Shown one piece after another: positions 29,805-39,966 of a stretch of 64,000 nucleotides of DNA (position 1 is the first letter of the stretch; each line of letters starts with the position of its first letter). The DNA is from an uncultured bacterium (GTDB lineage Bacteria > Zixibacteria > MSB-5A5 > GN15 > FEB-12). The notes beneath the pieces were generated by a model that saw only the letters and a list, made by a program, of their open reading frames with translations, was not told the origin of the DNA and searched no databases. The translations under genes and the position numbers were made by a program. The stretch spans positions 1 to 64,000 of the forward strand of contig CBDVDR010000019.1 of assembly GCA_965372795.1 (NCBI GenBank), written 5' to 3'.

Positions 29805-30403
29805 TATGTGTTCTTTTGTATTATATGTTTAAAAAGTTTATCAAATGTTTTCATTTGTAATTCAAAATCAATTATTTCCGGTGTAATATGCGATCTGCAT
29901 TTTAAACCCTCATAATAACAAAAAGTCATGATAGCAATTTGCAAACGGTCTTTTTTAGTTTTTCCGTACCTTGGATCCAAATGATTAACAAATAGTTTAA
30001 AACCTATTTCAAGATTTTTAAGAATATATTTTTTAATTTTTGGCATCTTTGCAATTTGAGCTCTCAAGTCGAGGTTATGCCGAATATGAGGAATCCTTTC
30101 TGATTCATCAATCTTGTCCAAGCATCTCAAAAAATCAGCCGGTGATAAATTGTTTTGAGTTATTTCCTCAAGCCCTCTGATATACTTATCTATCATATTT
30201 TTCAATAACCCTAACAGAATATCTTCCTTATTCTTGAAATGGTGATAGACAGCTCCCTTGGTTAACCCTGCTTTTTTAGCGATCTCATCAATAGATGTTT
30301 GCTGATAACCTTTTTTATGAAACAGGTCTTCAGCCGCCTCAATTAACTGTCCCCGTCTTTTTTCGGGAGGGAGTTTTGGGCTTTGCTTAATTTTTTTCTT
30401 CAT
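29804..30403 (-). CDS. TetR/AcrR family transcriptional regulator
   Basis: HTH AAEDLFHKKGYQQTSIDEIAKKAGLTKGAVYHHFKNKEDI; first gene of the efflux operon. Confidence 0.93.
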   Translation of the reverse strand: MKKKIKQSPKLPPEKRRGQLIEAAEDLFHKKGYQQTSIDEIAKKAGLTKGAVYHHFKNKEDILLGLLKNMIDKYIRGLEEITQNNLSPADFLRCLDKIDESERIPHIRHNLDLRAQIAKMPKIKKYILKNLEIGFKLFVNHLDPRYGKTKKDRLQIAIMTFCYYEGLKCRSHITPEIIDFELQMKTFDKLFKHIIQKNT

Positions 30404-30434
30404 TCATATTTCCTTACATACTCATCAGTACGTT

Positions 30435-30460
30435 TTAGATACCTACCAGTTGGTATCTAA
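30435..30460. promoter_or_regulatory. Probable TetR operator (inverted repeat)
   Basis: TTAGATACC-N8-GGTATCTAA between a minus-strand TTGACA (30481-30486) and the tetR start. Confidence 0.6.
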
Positions 30461-30515
30461 CTAATCAATACGCAGAAATTTGTCAAGGGTTTATTTTATT
30501 TTGAAAAAAAACAGA

Positions 30516-31484
30516 TTATAGCCACTTTTTTCGGCGGAAATATATAACCAAACCAAGAACTACGGTTGCCATTATGCTTAAAGCTCCTATATACCCGAAT
30601 TTGGAGTCCAACTCCGGCATATAGGCAAAATTCATCCCCCATAATCCAACCAAAAATGTGGGCGGGATAAAAATGACAGTAAATATGGTAAGAAATTTGA
30701 TGATTTCATTAGTTTTGGTGGAGACTGATGAATAATAAGCTTCCAAAGATGAGTTGAGGATTTCACGATGGAAATCAGCAATATCGTTGGTTCTGACTAA
30801 ATGATCATGAATATCTGAGAAATAAACGGCTGCTTTACTGCTGATAAAATCGAAGGTTTCTTTTTTTAGCCGGTTGACCACTTCCCTTTGCGGAATAACC
30901 ATTCTTTTAAGATGAACAATATCACGTCTTAAGGTATAAATTGCGCGAATTGTGTCCTCGTCCGGCTCACCTAATACATCCTCTTCAATTTGATCAATCT
31001 CATATTCAAAAATATCAAGGGTGCTATTATAATTATCTACAATAGTATCAATAACCGCATGAAACAGAAAATCAACCCCCCGGGATATCAAGCGTTCATC
31101 TTTCTCAGCTCGGTTGTGTAGATAATCAAAAATTCTGTGATCGTCAAAATGTACCGTAACCAAAGAGTTTTTGCTCAGGAATAAATCTATCTCGCCTATT
31201 TTTAGCCCTTCTTCCTGACCGATATAATCAACAATTTGAAAGACTATAAATAGATAGCTATCATAATCATCTATTTTCGTACGTGGTTTTTCAGAAATTA
31301 CATCTTCAATCGCCAGAGGGTGAAAATTAAAATCGTGGGTAAGAACATAAAGTTCCTGATCGGTTGGTTTGTTCATGTCAATCCAGATGACGGATTCTTT
31401 ATCTTCTACCAAACGGTCAAAATCCTGGATTCCTTCAAGGATTTTAACATCATTACCCGGTTTATAGAGGAATGTTCTTATCAT
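30516..31484 (-). CDS. corA: Magnesium/cobalt transporter CorA
   Basis: FHPLAIED, RTKIDDY, TNEIIKFLT and GMNFAYMPEL (GMN signature). Confidence 0.95.
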   Translation of the reverse strand: MIRTFLYKPGNDVKILEGIQDFDRLVEDKESVIWIDMNKPTDQELYVLTHDFNFHPLAIEDVISEKPRTKIDDYDSYLFIVFQIVDYIGQEEGLKIGEIDLFLSKNSLVTVHFDDHRIFDYLHNRAEKDERLISRGVDFLFHAVIDTIVDNYNSTLDIFEYEIDQIEEDVLGEPDEDTIRAIYTLRRDIVHLKRMVIPQREVVNRLKKETFDFISSKAAVYFSDIHDHLVRTNDIADFHREILNSSLEAYYSSVSTKTNEIIKFLTIFTVIFIPPTFLVGLWGMNFAYMPELDSKFGYIGALSIMATVVLGLVIYFRRKKWL

Positions 31485-32524
31485 GTTTTTTCCTCCTCCT
31501 CTAAGTACGTACCTTCTTCACTAACTTTGGCAAAGAGGTCTTCACTCTCATGCTCAGTTTTGATTTTTCTGATCGAAACTTTCTCAAGATGTAAAAAGAT
31601 ATATCCTAAAACAAAAATTGGCAAGAGATCAAGTAAATGCAAAGCCAGCGCAAAAAGGATTGCATCACTCTTTGCTACAGAAAAAGCCGCCAATGAAGAA
31701 CTGACAGCCAACTCAAAAGTTCCGGCATTACCGGGTGTAATCGGAATCATAACGGCCAGAGTATTAACAATCATAATAGCGGCAGCGGCGGCAAAATGAA
31801 GTGTAATCCCGAAAGCTTGCAATAGAAAGAATATAACTAAAGTATGAATGCCCCATGAAAATACAGAATAAAGCATCGAACCAATAATATGCTGGCTGGA
31901 TTTCAGTAATTCCATCCCTTTACTAAATGAGCGCAGGAATTTTTTTAAAGAAATGTATACGCCGGGTGACCGTTTTCTTAGATATTTTTTTCCAAGATTT
32001 TCAAGTCGGGTCTGAAAGTGTAAAATAAGATAAATTGCGATCAGCACAACAATCGTGATTGATAAGATGACAATACTAAGGGTTCGATATTCTGCGGGAA
32101 AAGCAAAAGCCAGAGAAGTTAAGAACAAAAACACAACCAGACTAATAGCATCAAAAAGGATTTCAAGAATTATGGTAGAAAATATAACGGTTTTTCTAAG
32201 CCCTTCATATTTTGAAAATAAGAACAGACGTCCGACCTGTCCGGTTAGCACCGGCATTACAATATTAATAATTTGTCCCGCTGAAAATAGAGTAACAGCC
32301 CTAAAGGGAGGGATATCTTTTTGCTGGGATATAATTACGCGCCAGCGCAATCCTTTGATAATGATAAAGACAAAAGAACATACAAGGGCAAGAAACAGAT
32401 AGAAATAATTGACCTGAAAAAACATTCTTTTGACTTCAGAGGGTTCGATATCTTTTAAGCAGAACACCATAAGTGCAATAGCTACGACTGAACCCCAGAA
32501 CTGTTTTTTCTTCCAAAATGACAT
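31481..32524 (-). CDS. Lysylphosphatidylglycerol synthase TM / flippase-like (UPF0104) membrane protein
   Basis: Multi-TM; LRWR, GQ..N...P..GQVGR, ILEILFD and PITPGNAGTFE motifs. Confidence 0.82.
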   Translation of the reverse strand: MSFWKKKQFWGSVVAIALMVFCLKDIEPSEVKRMFFQVNYFYLFLALVCSFVFIIIKGLRWRVIISQQKDIPPFRAVTLFSAGQIINIVMPVLTGQVGRLFLFSKYEGLRKTVIFSTIILEILFDAISLVVFLFLTSLAFAFPAEYRTLSIVILSITIVVLIAIYLILHFQTRLENLGKKYLRKRSPGVYISLKKFLRSFSKGMELLKSSQHIIGSMLYSVFSWGIHTLVIFFLLQAFGITLHFAAAAAIMIVNTLAVMIPITPGNAGTFELAVSSSLAAFSVAKSDAILFALALHLLDLLPIFVLGYIFLHLEKVSIRKIKTEHESEDLFAKVSEEGTYLEEEEKT

Positions 32525-32558
32525 TTATTCATCCAAACCGTTTATTTTAATGAGGCTT

Positions 32559-32587
32559 AAGATAGAAATTTTGGCTAAAACTGTCAA
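32559..32587 (-). promoter_or_regulatory. sigma70-type promoter for the flippase-corA pair
   Basis: TTGACA-17 bp-TATCTT. Confidence 0.65.
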
Positions 32588-32618
32588 TTAAAAGAAAATG
32601 TATTATTTGCGTAAGTTA

Positions 32619-33374
32619 TTATATTTCAGCGACAAACTGTTTATCAATCCAGCCTCGACGCTTATTTTTAAATAACACATTATAATAATTACTCGACTCA
32701 GAGATTATCTCAACTACCAAGCCGGGGGCACCCTGTAGTTCTATTTCTGATTGATCCGAAGGTCCGGTATGCACCGGGCTTTCATCAGAAATTATAACTG
32801 CGCGGCGGGTAAGATAATCAGTTCGATATTTATAAGTTGTAAATGTAGAGGCAATAAATACAAATATTAAAGTTACCGTTATGACAGATTTAATTATTCT
32901 TGAAGGATAACCCAAACCAAATCTGACGATTAATAGAATAACTAACAAAACAAATAAAACCGATGAGATAATCGCCATAATTTTCAGGCGATAAGGTGCA
33001 ACCAGCGTATCAAAAAAGGTGCTGATTGGATTAAGGGCGACACCCTCCATCTGAACTGAAGTAAAGTTTTCGGCAAATTCCAAATTGCTTATAATGTCAT
33101 CATCTGATGGTTCAAGCCGTTTGGCACGATGATAATTTAAAATAGCTTTGCCAAGGTCACCTTTTTTAAAATAGGAATTACCAAGATTAAAGTAAATTGT
33201 TGATGATTCAATATTCTCTGCTAAAACCTTTTCATATTCAGCTATTGCCTGATCATATTTTTTCTCTTCATAGAACTTATTCCCTGCTTCGAAACTGCTT
33301 TGCACATCTCCATAAGCAATTGAGAAAAAACAGAAGCCGATAAGCAGAAATATAATTTGTCTGATTTTATGCAA
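32619..33374 (-). CDS. batE: BatE-like TPR + SH3-domain protein
   Basis: TPR motif YFNLGNSYFKKGDLGKAILNY; two TMs; C-terminal SH3b-like (GPS...RGWI). TTG start at 33374 has GGAGG upstream. Confidence 0.82.
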   Translation of the reverse strand: MHKIRQIIFLLIGFCFFSIAYGDVQSSFEAGNKFYEEKKYDQAIAEYEKVLAENIESSTIYFNLGNSYFKKGDLGKAILNYHRAKRLEPSDDDIISNLEFAENFTSVQMEGVALNPISTFFDTLVAPYRLKIMAIISSVLFVLLVILLIVRFGLGYPSRIIKSVITVTLIFVFIASTFTTYKYRTDYLTRRAVIISDESPVHTGPSDQSEIELQGAPGLVVEIISESSNYYNVLFKNKRRGWIDKQFVAEI

Positions 33375-35169
33375 ACCTGATACCCTCCAACGCAATCATC
33401 ACTGCTTCGGTTTTTTTCAGCGAGCTGTCAATATCTTCCTGAGATAATGATGATGGGGCATAGCGGGCGAAGTCTGATTTTTGCAAAACCTCTTTTACAT
33501 CGGCAATTAGAGATTTATCAGCATCTTTCAGGACCAGCATCTCTTCTATTTTGTCGGAGGTCAGCCCATGCGCCGACAGATTCAATTTATCTGCGATATA
33601 TGAGGTAAGCGTTTTCGAAATTTCCAGATAAAATTCCTCAACAGTTTCTTTTTTAGAAAGAGATTTTGCTTTCATAAGTCTTTTACGAGCCACCCGGGAA
33701 GCTGCTTTGGAACGAGCCAAACCTACATTTGATGATAATTTTTCTCTCCGTTTACGCACAAAGATCATTCCGGCTAATAAAACAACCGGCAATCCGTTTG
33801 CAAAAAGATATATGGGAGTAAAGAGAATTATTTCACCTTTGGGTTTGGTGTTACCAATATCTTTTTTGATGTATCTTATATCCCTCGCCTGTGAACTTAT
33901 CGTCAGGTCAGGACTGCCATACGGGACTTCGGGCGATGCGATGTAACCTTCCGGTTTAGTTACATTTAAAACGATAGCTCTGGTTGTTATATTTCTAAAT
34001 TTTCCGGATTGAGGATCAAAATAATTATATTTAATAGCCGGGATTTCTAATTTACCCGGACGTTTGGGAATAAACACTTCTTCATAAATTTTTCGTCCCC
34101 CGATTCGGTCATTTGATTTAGACATATGCTCATTAACGGATGCACGGTAAACCCGGAAATCGGGATTCTCTGACAATTGGGGTTCGGCGGCTGATTTAAT
34201 ATTTCCATTTCCGCTGATTGTAATCGTTAATGAAACCGGCTGGTTTACTTCAACAGATCTTTTATTTACAATCGCATCAACGGCAAATCTTCCCACCAGA
34301 CCTGAGTAATCTACAGGTTTACCTTTTTCAGGCAACGGCTTAACATTGATTCTTACCGTTTTACTTCGGGCTGTTACCGCTTTACCTCGACCAAAAAAAT
34401 CACCCAGCGCATCAAAAGGATCGCGATATCTTTTGTTTCGATCGGCAACAGTGGTTTTGATAGCGGCTTTGCCGATGGTTAAATCACCGGTATGGGTCGG
34501 GAAAAGAGCATACTTACGTTCTATAACTTTATATTTCCGATTGTTCAGTCGCTGATAGTAAGGGGCTTTGTTTCCAAGCACCTCTGTCCAAAATCCGGTC
34601 GTGCTTGGTTCGGTTAATTCGGGACTGCCGTAATATTGAATGGCGATATAAAATTTTAAGGTGAAAGTAACCTGTTCACCGACATAAGGATTCTTTTTAT
34701 CAATCACCGCTTCAAGAAAATAATCTTTCGCTTTTCCATCAGCTCCGGAAGCCTGCCGTTCCAATCGCTGGCTGGCAGAGGAGCCTTCTTTTAAAACGGT
34801 CAGTTGAATCGGGTTAGCTTTGATTCTTCTATTATTATGAACAATGGCAATCTGCTCAATAGGAAAAGTACCCGGTTTGGATGGAATGAGAATATATTGA
34901 TAAGTATTAGACGCACTGACTTTTCCGTTAACGATACTCAAATTAGTCGAACTGCCCTGTGAATAAACTTCGAATGCCGAAAGGGTCGGAAGCATCGGTG
35001 TTGGCAGGTTGCGACCTTTGCCGGAGATTGTAACCAAGAGAGTAGCCTGTTCATCAAGACCGATCTTATTCCTATCAAGAGTAGCTTTAATCGTTACTTC
35101 ATTCTCAGCTGCAACAGTTACAGCTAATACTAATAATAACAGAATAAATGTAAAACGGAAAAACTTCAT
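33367..35169 (-). CDS. batD: BatD family protein
   Basis: Signal peptide; Ig-like BatD repeats (PGTFPI, PYVGEQV, GLVGRF, YNYFDP); TM; FARYAP. Confidence 0.85.
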   Translation of the reverse strand: MKFFRFTFILLLLVLAVTVAAENEVTIKATLDRNKIGLDEQATLLVTISGKGRNLPTPMLPTLSAFEVYSQGSSTNLSIVNGKVSASNTYQYILIPSKPGTFPIEQIAIVHNNRRIKANPIQLTVLKEGSSASQRLERQASGADGKAKDYFLEAVIDKKNPYVGEQVTFTLKFYIAIQYYGSPELTEPSTTGFWTEVLGNKAPYYQRLNNRKYKVIERKYALFPTHTGDLTIGKAAIKTTVADRNKRYRDPFDALGDFFGRGKAVTARSKTVRINVKPLPEKGKPVDYSGLVGRFAVDAIVNKRSVEVNQPVSLTITISGNGNIKSAAEPQLSENPDFRVYRASVNEHMSKSNDRIGGRKIYEEVFIPKRPGKLEIPAIKYNYFDPQSGKFRNITTRAIVLNVTKPEGYIASPEVPYGSPDLTISSQARDIRYIKKDIGNTKPKGEIILFTPIYLFANGLPVVLLAGMIFVRKRREKLSSNVGLARSKAASRVARKRLMKAKSLSKKETVEEFYLEISKTLTSYIADKLNLSAHGLTSDKIEEMLVLKDADKSLIADVKEVLQKSDFARYAPSSLSQEDIDSSLKKTEAVMIALEGIRFA

Positions 35170-35175
35170 ATAATT

Positions 35176-35937
35176 TTACCAGTCTTTTCCTGAATAGCTT
35201 CCGGACGCTTTGGCTCTTTTAATTTTTTTCTGTTGGTCCTGTTCATCTTTCAAAGCATTTAAAATTCGTTCCGCCTCTTCCTTGCTCATCTCTTTCGGTT
35301 GTTCCTGTTGCTGTTGTTGTTCATCTGGTTGCTGTTTCTGATCTTTATTTTTTTCATCCTGCTTTTTCTGCTCTTGATCCTGTTGCTGTTGTTCCTGCTG
35401 ATCCTGATCTTTGTCCTGTTCCTGTTGGTCTTGTTGCTCTTGTTCTTTCTGATCCTGCTGTTGTTCCTGATCTTTTTCCTGTTCTTTTTCTTCCTGTTTC
35501 ATCTGCTCTTTCAACTTCTTTCGGGACAACTCCAGATTGAATTTCGCATCAAGATCTTCAGAGTTAATATTTAAAGCATTTTCATAGCTCTTTATCGCAT
35601 TCTGAAAATCGCCCATTCGGAAATAAGTACTGCCCAGATTGTAATGGGCTGATGCCTCAAGATTAATATCGGTCGTTGTTAAGGAGTTGTTAAACAGTTC
35701 AACCGATTCTTCATATTTGCCTTCAAGGTGCAATGCTCCGGCGATATTATAATTCAGTTCGGCTGACTCGGGAATTTCTGTTTCTGCCTGGCGGTAATGT
35801 TCCAACGCTTTTGAAGCATCATTCTGTTTAATCGCATTATTCCCTTGTTTCACAAGATTGATATAATCTTCGGCTATCGCAGAGCTAACCAATGAGAACA
35901 AGACTATTAAAATTACGGGGAGAATTTTTTTATACAT
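35176..35937 (-). CDS. batC: BatC-like TPR protein with Q/K/D-rich linker
   Basis: HYNLGSTY TPRs, DAKFNLEL, QQQDQ low-complexity region, EEAERILNAL and terminal KDW. ATG 35937 has GGAGG upstream. Confidence 0.85.
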   Translation of the reverse strand: MYKKILPVILIVLFSLVSSAIAEDYINLVKQGNNAIKQNDASKALEHYRQAETEIPESAELNYNIAGALHLEGKYEESVELFNNSLTTTDINLEASAHYNLGSTYFRMGDFQNAIKSYENALNINSEDLDAKFNLELSRKKLKEQMKQEEKEQEKDQEQQQDQKEQEQQDQQEQDKDQDQQEQQQQDQEQKKQDEKNKDQKQQPDEQQQQQEQPKEMSKEEAERILNALKDEQDQQKKIKRAKASGSYSGKDW

Positions 35938-36952
35938 TATTGTCGCCTCCGACAGGTTTTTTCCTTTCAGGGATGAAAAACTCACCGATTACAAATAATA
36001 AAACAAATAAGAGCGGGAACTGGTAACGGTCGTCATATCTTGTCACTAATGTACCTTCCAACTCTTTCTTTTCAAGCTTTGAAATTTCTTCAAAAATCCT
36101 ATCAAGTTCAATCTCTCCGGCAGTAGCATGGTAATATTTGCCTCCGGTTGCAAGTGAAACTTTTTGGAGGGTTGTTTCATCCAGACGTGAAACAATAATT
36201 TCTCCATTTTCATCTTTCTTGAACCCGACCTGATTTCCGGCACGATCCAAAATAGGGATCGGTTCACCGGCAGGATTTCCGATTCCAACCGTATATATTT
36301 TTATACCCTCTTTACGAGCTATTTCTGCCGATTGTTCCACTCCGCCCTGATGGTCTTCCCCGTCGGTTAAAAGCAGCATAACCTTGTGCTTTTTCTCTTT
36401 CTGATTAAAAGCTTTGGCACCTTTTTCGATTGCCGAAGTCAACGAGGTTCCCTGAACCGATACAGATTTATTATCAATGGCATTCAAAAGGAAAGTCGCC
36501 GCAGCATAATCAAGTGTTAGCGGACACTGAATAAACGCTTCTCCGGCAAAGGCAACTAAAGAGATCCGATCACCTTTCAGCCGTTCAATAATGCCCATGA
36601 TTTCCTGTTTTGCTTTTTCAAGCCGATTCGGTTTCATATCGCGCGCCATCATCGAATTGGAAACATCCAACACCACAACAATATCCAAGCCTTCTCTTTC
36701 AAGTAGTTCCAGATGAGTTCCAAACTGTAATTGAGAAAGGGTTATTGAAAGGAATATCAATGCTGCAATCAAAATAGCAGCTTTGGTTCTTTGTCTGGCA
36801 AAAGAGATAAAAGGAGAATTTTTCATAAGCAGAGGTAAATCACCAAAGCGTTTCATCAGTATTTTCTTTCTCGCAATTGACCAGAACAAAAATATCCCGA
36901 TGAATAAAATTCCGATAAGTATTAAGAAATTTTCAGGGGCCGCAAATCGCAT
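35930..36952 (-). CDS. batB: BatB-like VWA domain protein
   Basis: MIDAS DVSNSM; PNRLEKAK, PLTLD, TDGEDH and SRLDE motifs. Confidence 0.88.
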   Translation of the reverse strand: MRFAAPENFLILIGILFIGIFLFWSIARKKILMKRFGDLPLLMKNSPFISFARQRTKAAILIAALIFLSITLSQLQFGTHLELLEREGLDIVVVLDVSNSMMARDMKPNRLEKAKQEIMGIIERLKGDRISLVAFAGEAFIQCPLTLDYAAATFLLNAIDNKSVSVQGTSLTSAIEKGAKAFNQKEKKHKVMLLLTDGEDHQGGVEQSAEIARKEGIKIYTVGIGNPAGEPIPILDRAGNQVGFKKDENGEIIVSRLDETTLQKVSLATGGKYYHATAGEIELDRIFEEISKLEKKELEGTLVTRYDDRYQFPLLFVLLFVIGEFFIPERKKPVGGDNNV

Positions 36953-36967
36953 CTTTTATAAATTCTC

Positions 36968-38014
36968 CTAAGGCAGTTTTCTAAAATAAGTGTTCGCTAA
37001 TATAATTTCCAAAATCAGAAGCAGTAACCCGGCATATACAAAGTAATTAAACAGTTCTTTATATTGGATATGAGCCGCAACTTCTATTTCAGTTTTTTCC
37101 ATTTCATCAATCAAATCATATATCCCCTGCAACTCACTGCCAGAACGGGCGCGATAGTAGGCTCCGCCGGTTTTCTGTGCAATTGTTTTAAGCGATTTTT
37201 CATCAAGTTTGGTCGGTTGATATACATACCGCTTCCCAAAGATTGGATCCTGATAGGGGAACATGACATTGCCGGTTTTACCGACTCCGATAGTGTAGGT
37301 TTTTATATCAAAGGTTGCCGCAAGGTTCGCCGCCGTAATCGGGTCAATTTCGCCGGCATTATTATCTCCGTCAGTTAACAGCACAATAATTTTTGATGAT
37401 GATGATGATTCCCGCAAACGATTGACCGCCGTTGCAATCGCCATCCCGATAGCAGTGCCATCTTCAACCAGGCCAAAATCTACCTGATCAACAAAATTAA
37501 GCAGGACACCATAATCGGTTGTCAAGGGACATTGGGTGTAGGCATAGCGGGCAAAGACGACTAACCCGATTCGATCATTTATTCTTTTTTCAATGAATTT
37601 TTTAATTTCTTCTTTTGCAACAAACAAACGGTTGTTCGGTTTAAAATCCTCACCTTGCATAGATGAAGACACATCCAGCAGGAGCATGATGTCGATGCCT
37701 TCGGAAGACACTTCCTGATATTCAGTCCCTGATCTCGGTCTGGCGAAAGCGATTATAAATAAAGCAATGGCAGAAATTCTGAAGACAGCCAGAATCACTC
37801 TGTACTTTTGTCGATTGGTACGTGAAGCTCTTTTGACAATTCGAATATCGGAATATATTATCGTTGCAGATTTAAACCTTTTTTTGCGAAGATGGAAATA
37901 AATCATCGCGGCAAGGATAACTCCGCCAACAATAAAAATAAGAATAGCCGGAACATGGGCTTCGATCATATCGAAAAGATTAAAAGATAAGCCGGCGAAT
38001 TCGATCTTACCCAT
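36968..38014 (-). CDS. batA: BatA-like VWA domain protein
   Basis: ARPR, GIDIMLLLDVSSSM, DFKPNNR, GTAIG, LLTDGDNNAG and TGGAYYRA motifs. Confidence 0.88.
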   Translation of the reverse strand: MGKIEFAGLSFNLFDMIEAHVPAILIFIVGGVILAAMIYFHLRKKRFKSATIIYSDIRIVKRASRTNRQKYRVILAVFRISAIALFIIAFARPRSGTEYQEVSSEGIDIMLLLDVSSSMQGEDFKPNNRLFVAKEEIKKFIEKRINDRIGLVVFARYAYTQCPLTTDYGVLLNFVDQVDFGLVEDGTAIGMAIATAVNRLRESSSSSKIIVLLTDGDNNAGEIDPITAANLAATFDIKTYTIGVGKTGNVMFPYQDPIFGKRYVYQPTKLDEKSLKTIAQKTGGAYYRARSGSELQGIYDLIDEMEKTEIEVAAHIQYKELFNYFVYAGLLLLILEIILANTYFRKLP

Positions 38015-39050
38015 CGATACCTCCCGCTGTTACCTTTTCACTGCCCGCTTTCATTTTAGCCGCTGCTTCTTCCGCTGCTTTTCGTTTTTCATAATCAATC
38101 CGCACTAATTCTATCAACTCATAAGTAAATTTGAAATCATCATCAAGGCGATCAAGCTTGGGTACCATTTTTGCAAATTTCACCAGATCAGCATGGCGAA
38201 GGAATTCCCGACTGCGATCATAAATATTATCAGGAAGAGTTATATCTTCAAATTTTTCAAAAAACTCTTCGGTGGTCATATCCAAAACATTAACATGGTA
38301 CATTTTCCCAAGATACTCGCGGGCAATTTCGGTCAGTTCAATATAAAACAATTTGAATTGCTTTTTCTCGATAAAATCTTTCTGTTTAAACAGGGCTATT
38401 TTTTCAAATGCTATTTCCCATGGCTGGCGGGTATCGACCGGAATACCATCATCTTCTTTACTTCGCATTCTCCGCCAGAAATAATAAGCTGCCATCAAGA
38501 TCAATAATAAAGCCGCTCCACCCCAGATAAAATATAGGGTCATATCACGTTCGAATTCATATTGGGCTTTTAGCGGTTTGATGTCGGTCGAGTCATCGGC
38601 ATTTTCAAGCATCGATTTCACTTTGATCGGCGCACCTTCTGAAAGCAGAAACTTCTGGCTGCCATCAGGCAATATAAAGCCGACCGGTACCGGGGGAATA
38701 ACATAATCTCCGGTGGTGAAAGTGCTTAAGGTGAATATACTTTCACTTTTCTCTCTTCCATCGGGAAGTTTGGAAATTATATCAGACTGATAATCCTTGA
38801 CATCAAAAGCTCCGAGATTGGCACCAAGTGGAGGCGGAATAAGTTCATAGGTAGAGTCATAAATTATTTCAACTTTATATTGGATCAAATCACCAATAAA
38901 TATTTCCGCACGGTCAACCGAGGTTATAATTTCAATACCGGTTAACGATTGAACGGTATCAATTTTATCCTGAGCAATTAAATAATTTGCTGAAATAATT
39001 ACTAATACAAAGGCAATATATATGTGCTTAAATCTTTTCATAAATTCCAT
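38007..39050 (-). CDS. Bat-operon membrane-anchored protein (BatD/DUF4381-like)
   Basis: Signal peptide, Ig-like domain, DIKPLK, TM, then FYIELTEIAREYL and ADLVKFAK. Confidence 0.7.
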   Translation of the reverse strand: MEFMKRFKHIYIAFVLVIISANYLIAQDKIDTVQSLTGIEIITSVDRAEIFIGDLIQYKVEIIYDSTYELIPPPLGANLGAFDVKDYQSDIISKLPDGREKSESIFTLSTFTTGDYVIPPVPVGFILPDGSQKFLLSEGAPIKVKSMLENADDSTDIKPLKAQYEFERDMTLYFIWGGAALLLILMAAYYFWRRMRSKEDDGIPVDTRQPWEIAFEKIALFKQKDFIEKKQFKLFYIELTEIAREYLGKMYHVNVLDMTTEEFFEKFEDITLPDNIYDRSREFLRHADLVKFAKMVPKLDRLDDDFKFTYELIELVRIDYEKRKAAEEAAAKMKAGSEKVTAGGIDG

Positions 39051-39054
39051 TTAA

Positions 39055-39966
39055 TCATTTCACATTGTGGTCCAAAAATTGAACCTTCTCAACTGCTGCC
39101 AGCGAGTTAATATAATCGGTATAAGCAAATTCCATTTTTTCATTCTGATAATCCATAAAGACCTGAGACCTTACCGAATCATATGGGCTGTTTTTATATC
39201 GTTTATCCTGATTGGCTTTGTAATAATTATAGACATCGGAAGAATCAATCTTAATCCCCGGCATAATTTTCTCGCCAACATATTTTTCAATCAGCAGATT
39301 CTTTTCAAAATGTCGGAGTTGTGCTTTTACTTGCGGTTGATCAATATAATTTTCCCGGACAGCCGCGCGATACATCAGTTCTAAACCAATATATTGCCTA
39401 ACGAATTTAATTTTCTCATCACGATTCACTAATTGCTTTTGAACTTCAACAGGTAACAACTGAATTTGTTGTTCAATCTCAGAAAGCCAGACCGGTTGTT
39501 CACCGATTCGGGCAACTTCTACATCTCCGTTTTTTTTGGGAGTATGGTCAATATTTGTAGTAGCATCAAGTTCTCTTTTGGCATCCAGCATCCGACCCAT
39601 TTTTTCAAAAGCCGCTACCAGATTTTTTGAAGCAGTCGCATTAAAAGATGCTTCCGGGTTCAACTCACGGGCTTTCAGATAATATGCCGCCGCCTGTTCA
39701 TAATTTTTTAAATCTTCAAAGTAAATTTTACCGATCAGATAATTAAGATTAGCTCTTGATTTTTTTTCAATAGTATAATCAGCCAGGCATTTTTCATATT
39801 CGTCAATAGCAGGTTGATAAAGTTTATTATTGCGTAGTTCTCCGGCAAGTTTCTTATGCATCTCAACATCAATTTTGCCGTTAGTTCCACCACAGGAGAG
39901 AAACATCATCCCGAAAATTACTACTAATACAAAGAGAAGATAAGGTTTATGTTGATTCATTTTCAT
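39055..39966 (-). CDS. TPR-containing lipoprotein with SurA/PrsA N-terminal-like chaperone region
   Basis: Lipobox FLSC; TPR helices; VARIG....LSEI and ELMYRAA...VYNYYKAN resemble PpiC-type foldase N-domains. Confidence 0.6.
   Translation of the reverse strand: MKMNQHKPYLLFVLVVIFGMMFLSCGGTNGKIDVEMHKKLAGELRNNKLYQPAIDEYEKCLADYTIEKKSRANLNYLIGKIYFEDLKNYEQAAAYYLKARELNPEASFNATASKNLVAAFEKMGRMLDAKRELDATTNIDHTPKKNGDVEVARIGEQPVWLSEIEQQIQLLPVEVQKQLVNRDEKIKFVRQYIGLELMYRAAVRENYIDQPQVKAQLRHFEKNLLIEKYVGEKIMPGIKIDSSDVYNYYKANQDKRYKNSPYDSVRSQVFMDYQNEKMEFAYTDYINSLAAVEKVQFLDHNVK

Noticed and set aside
35299..35574. Highly hydrophobic 91-aa ORF and local DNA repetitiveness
   Set aside because: It is the antisense reading of the Q/K/D-rich BatC linker.
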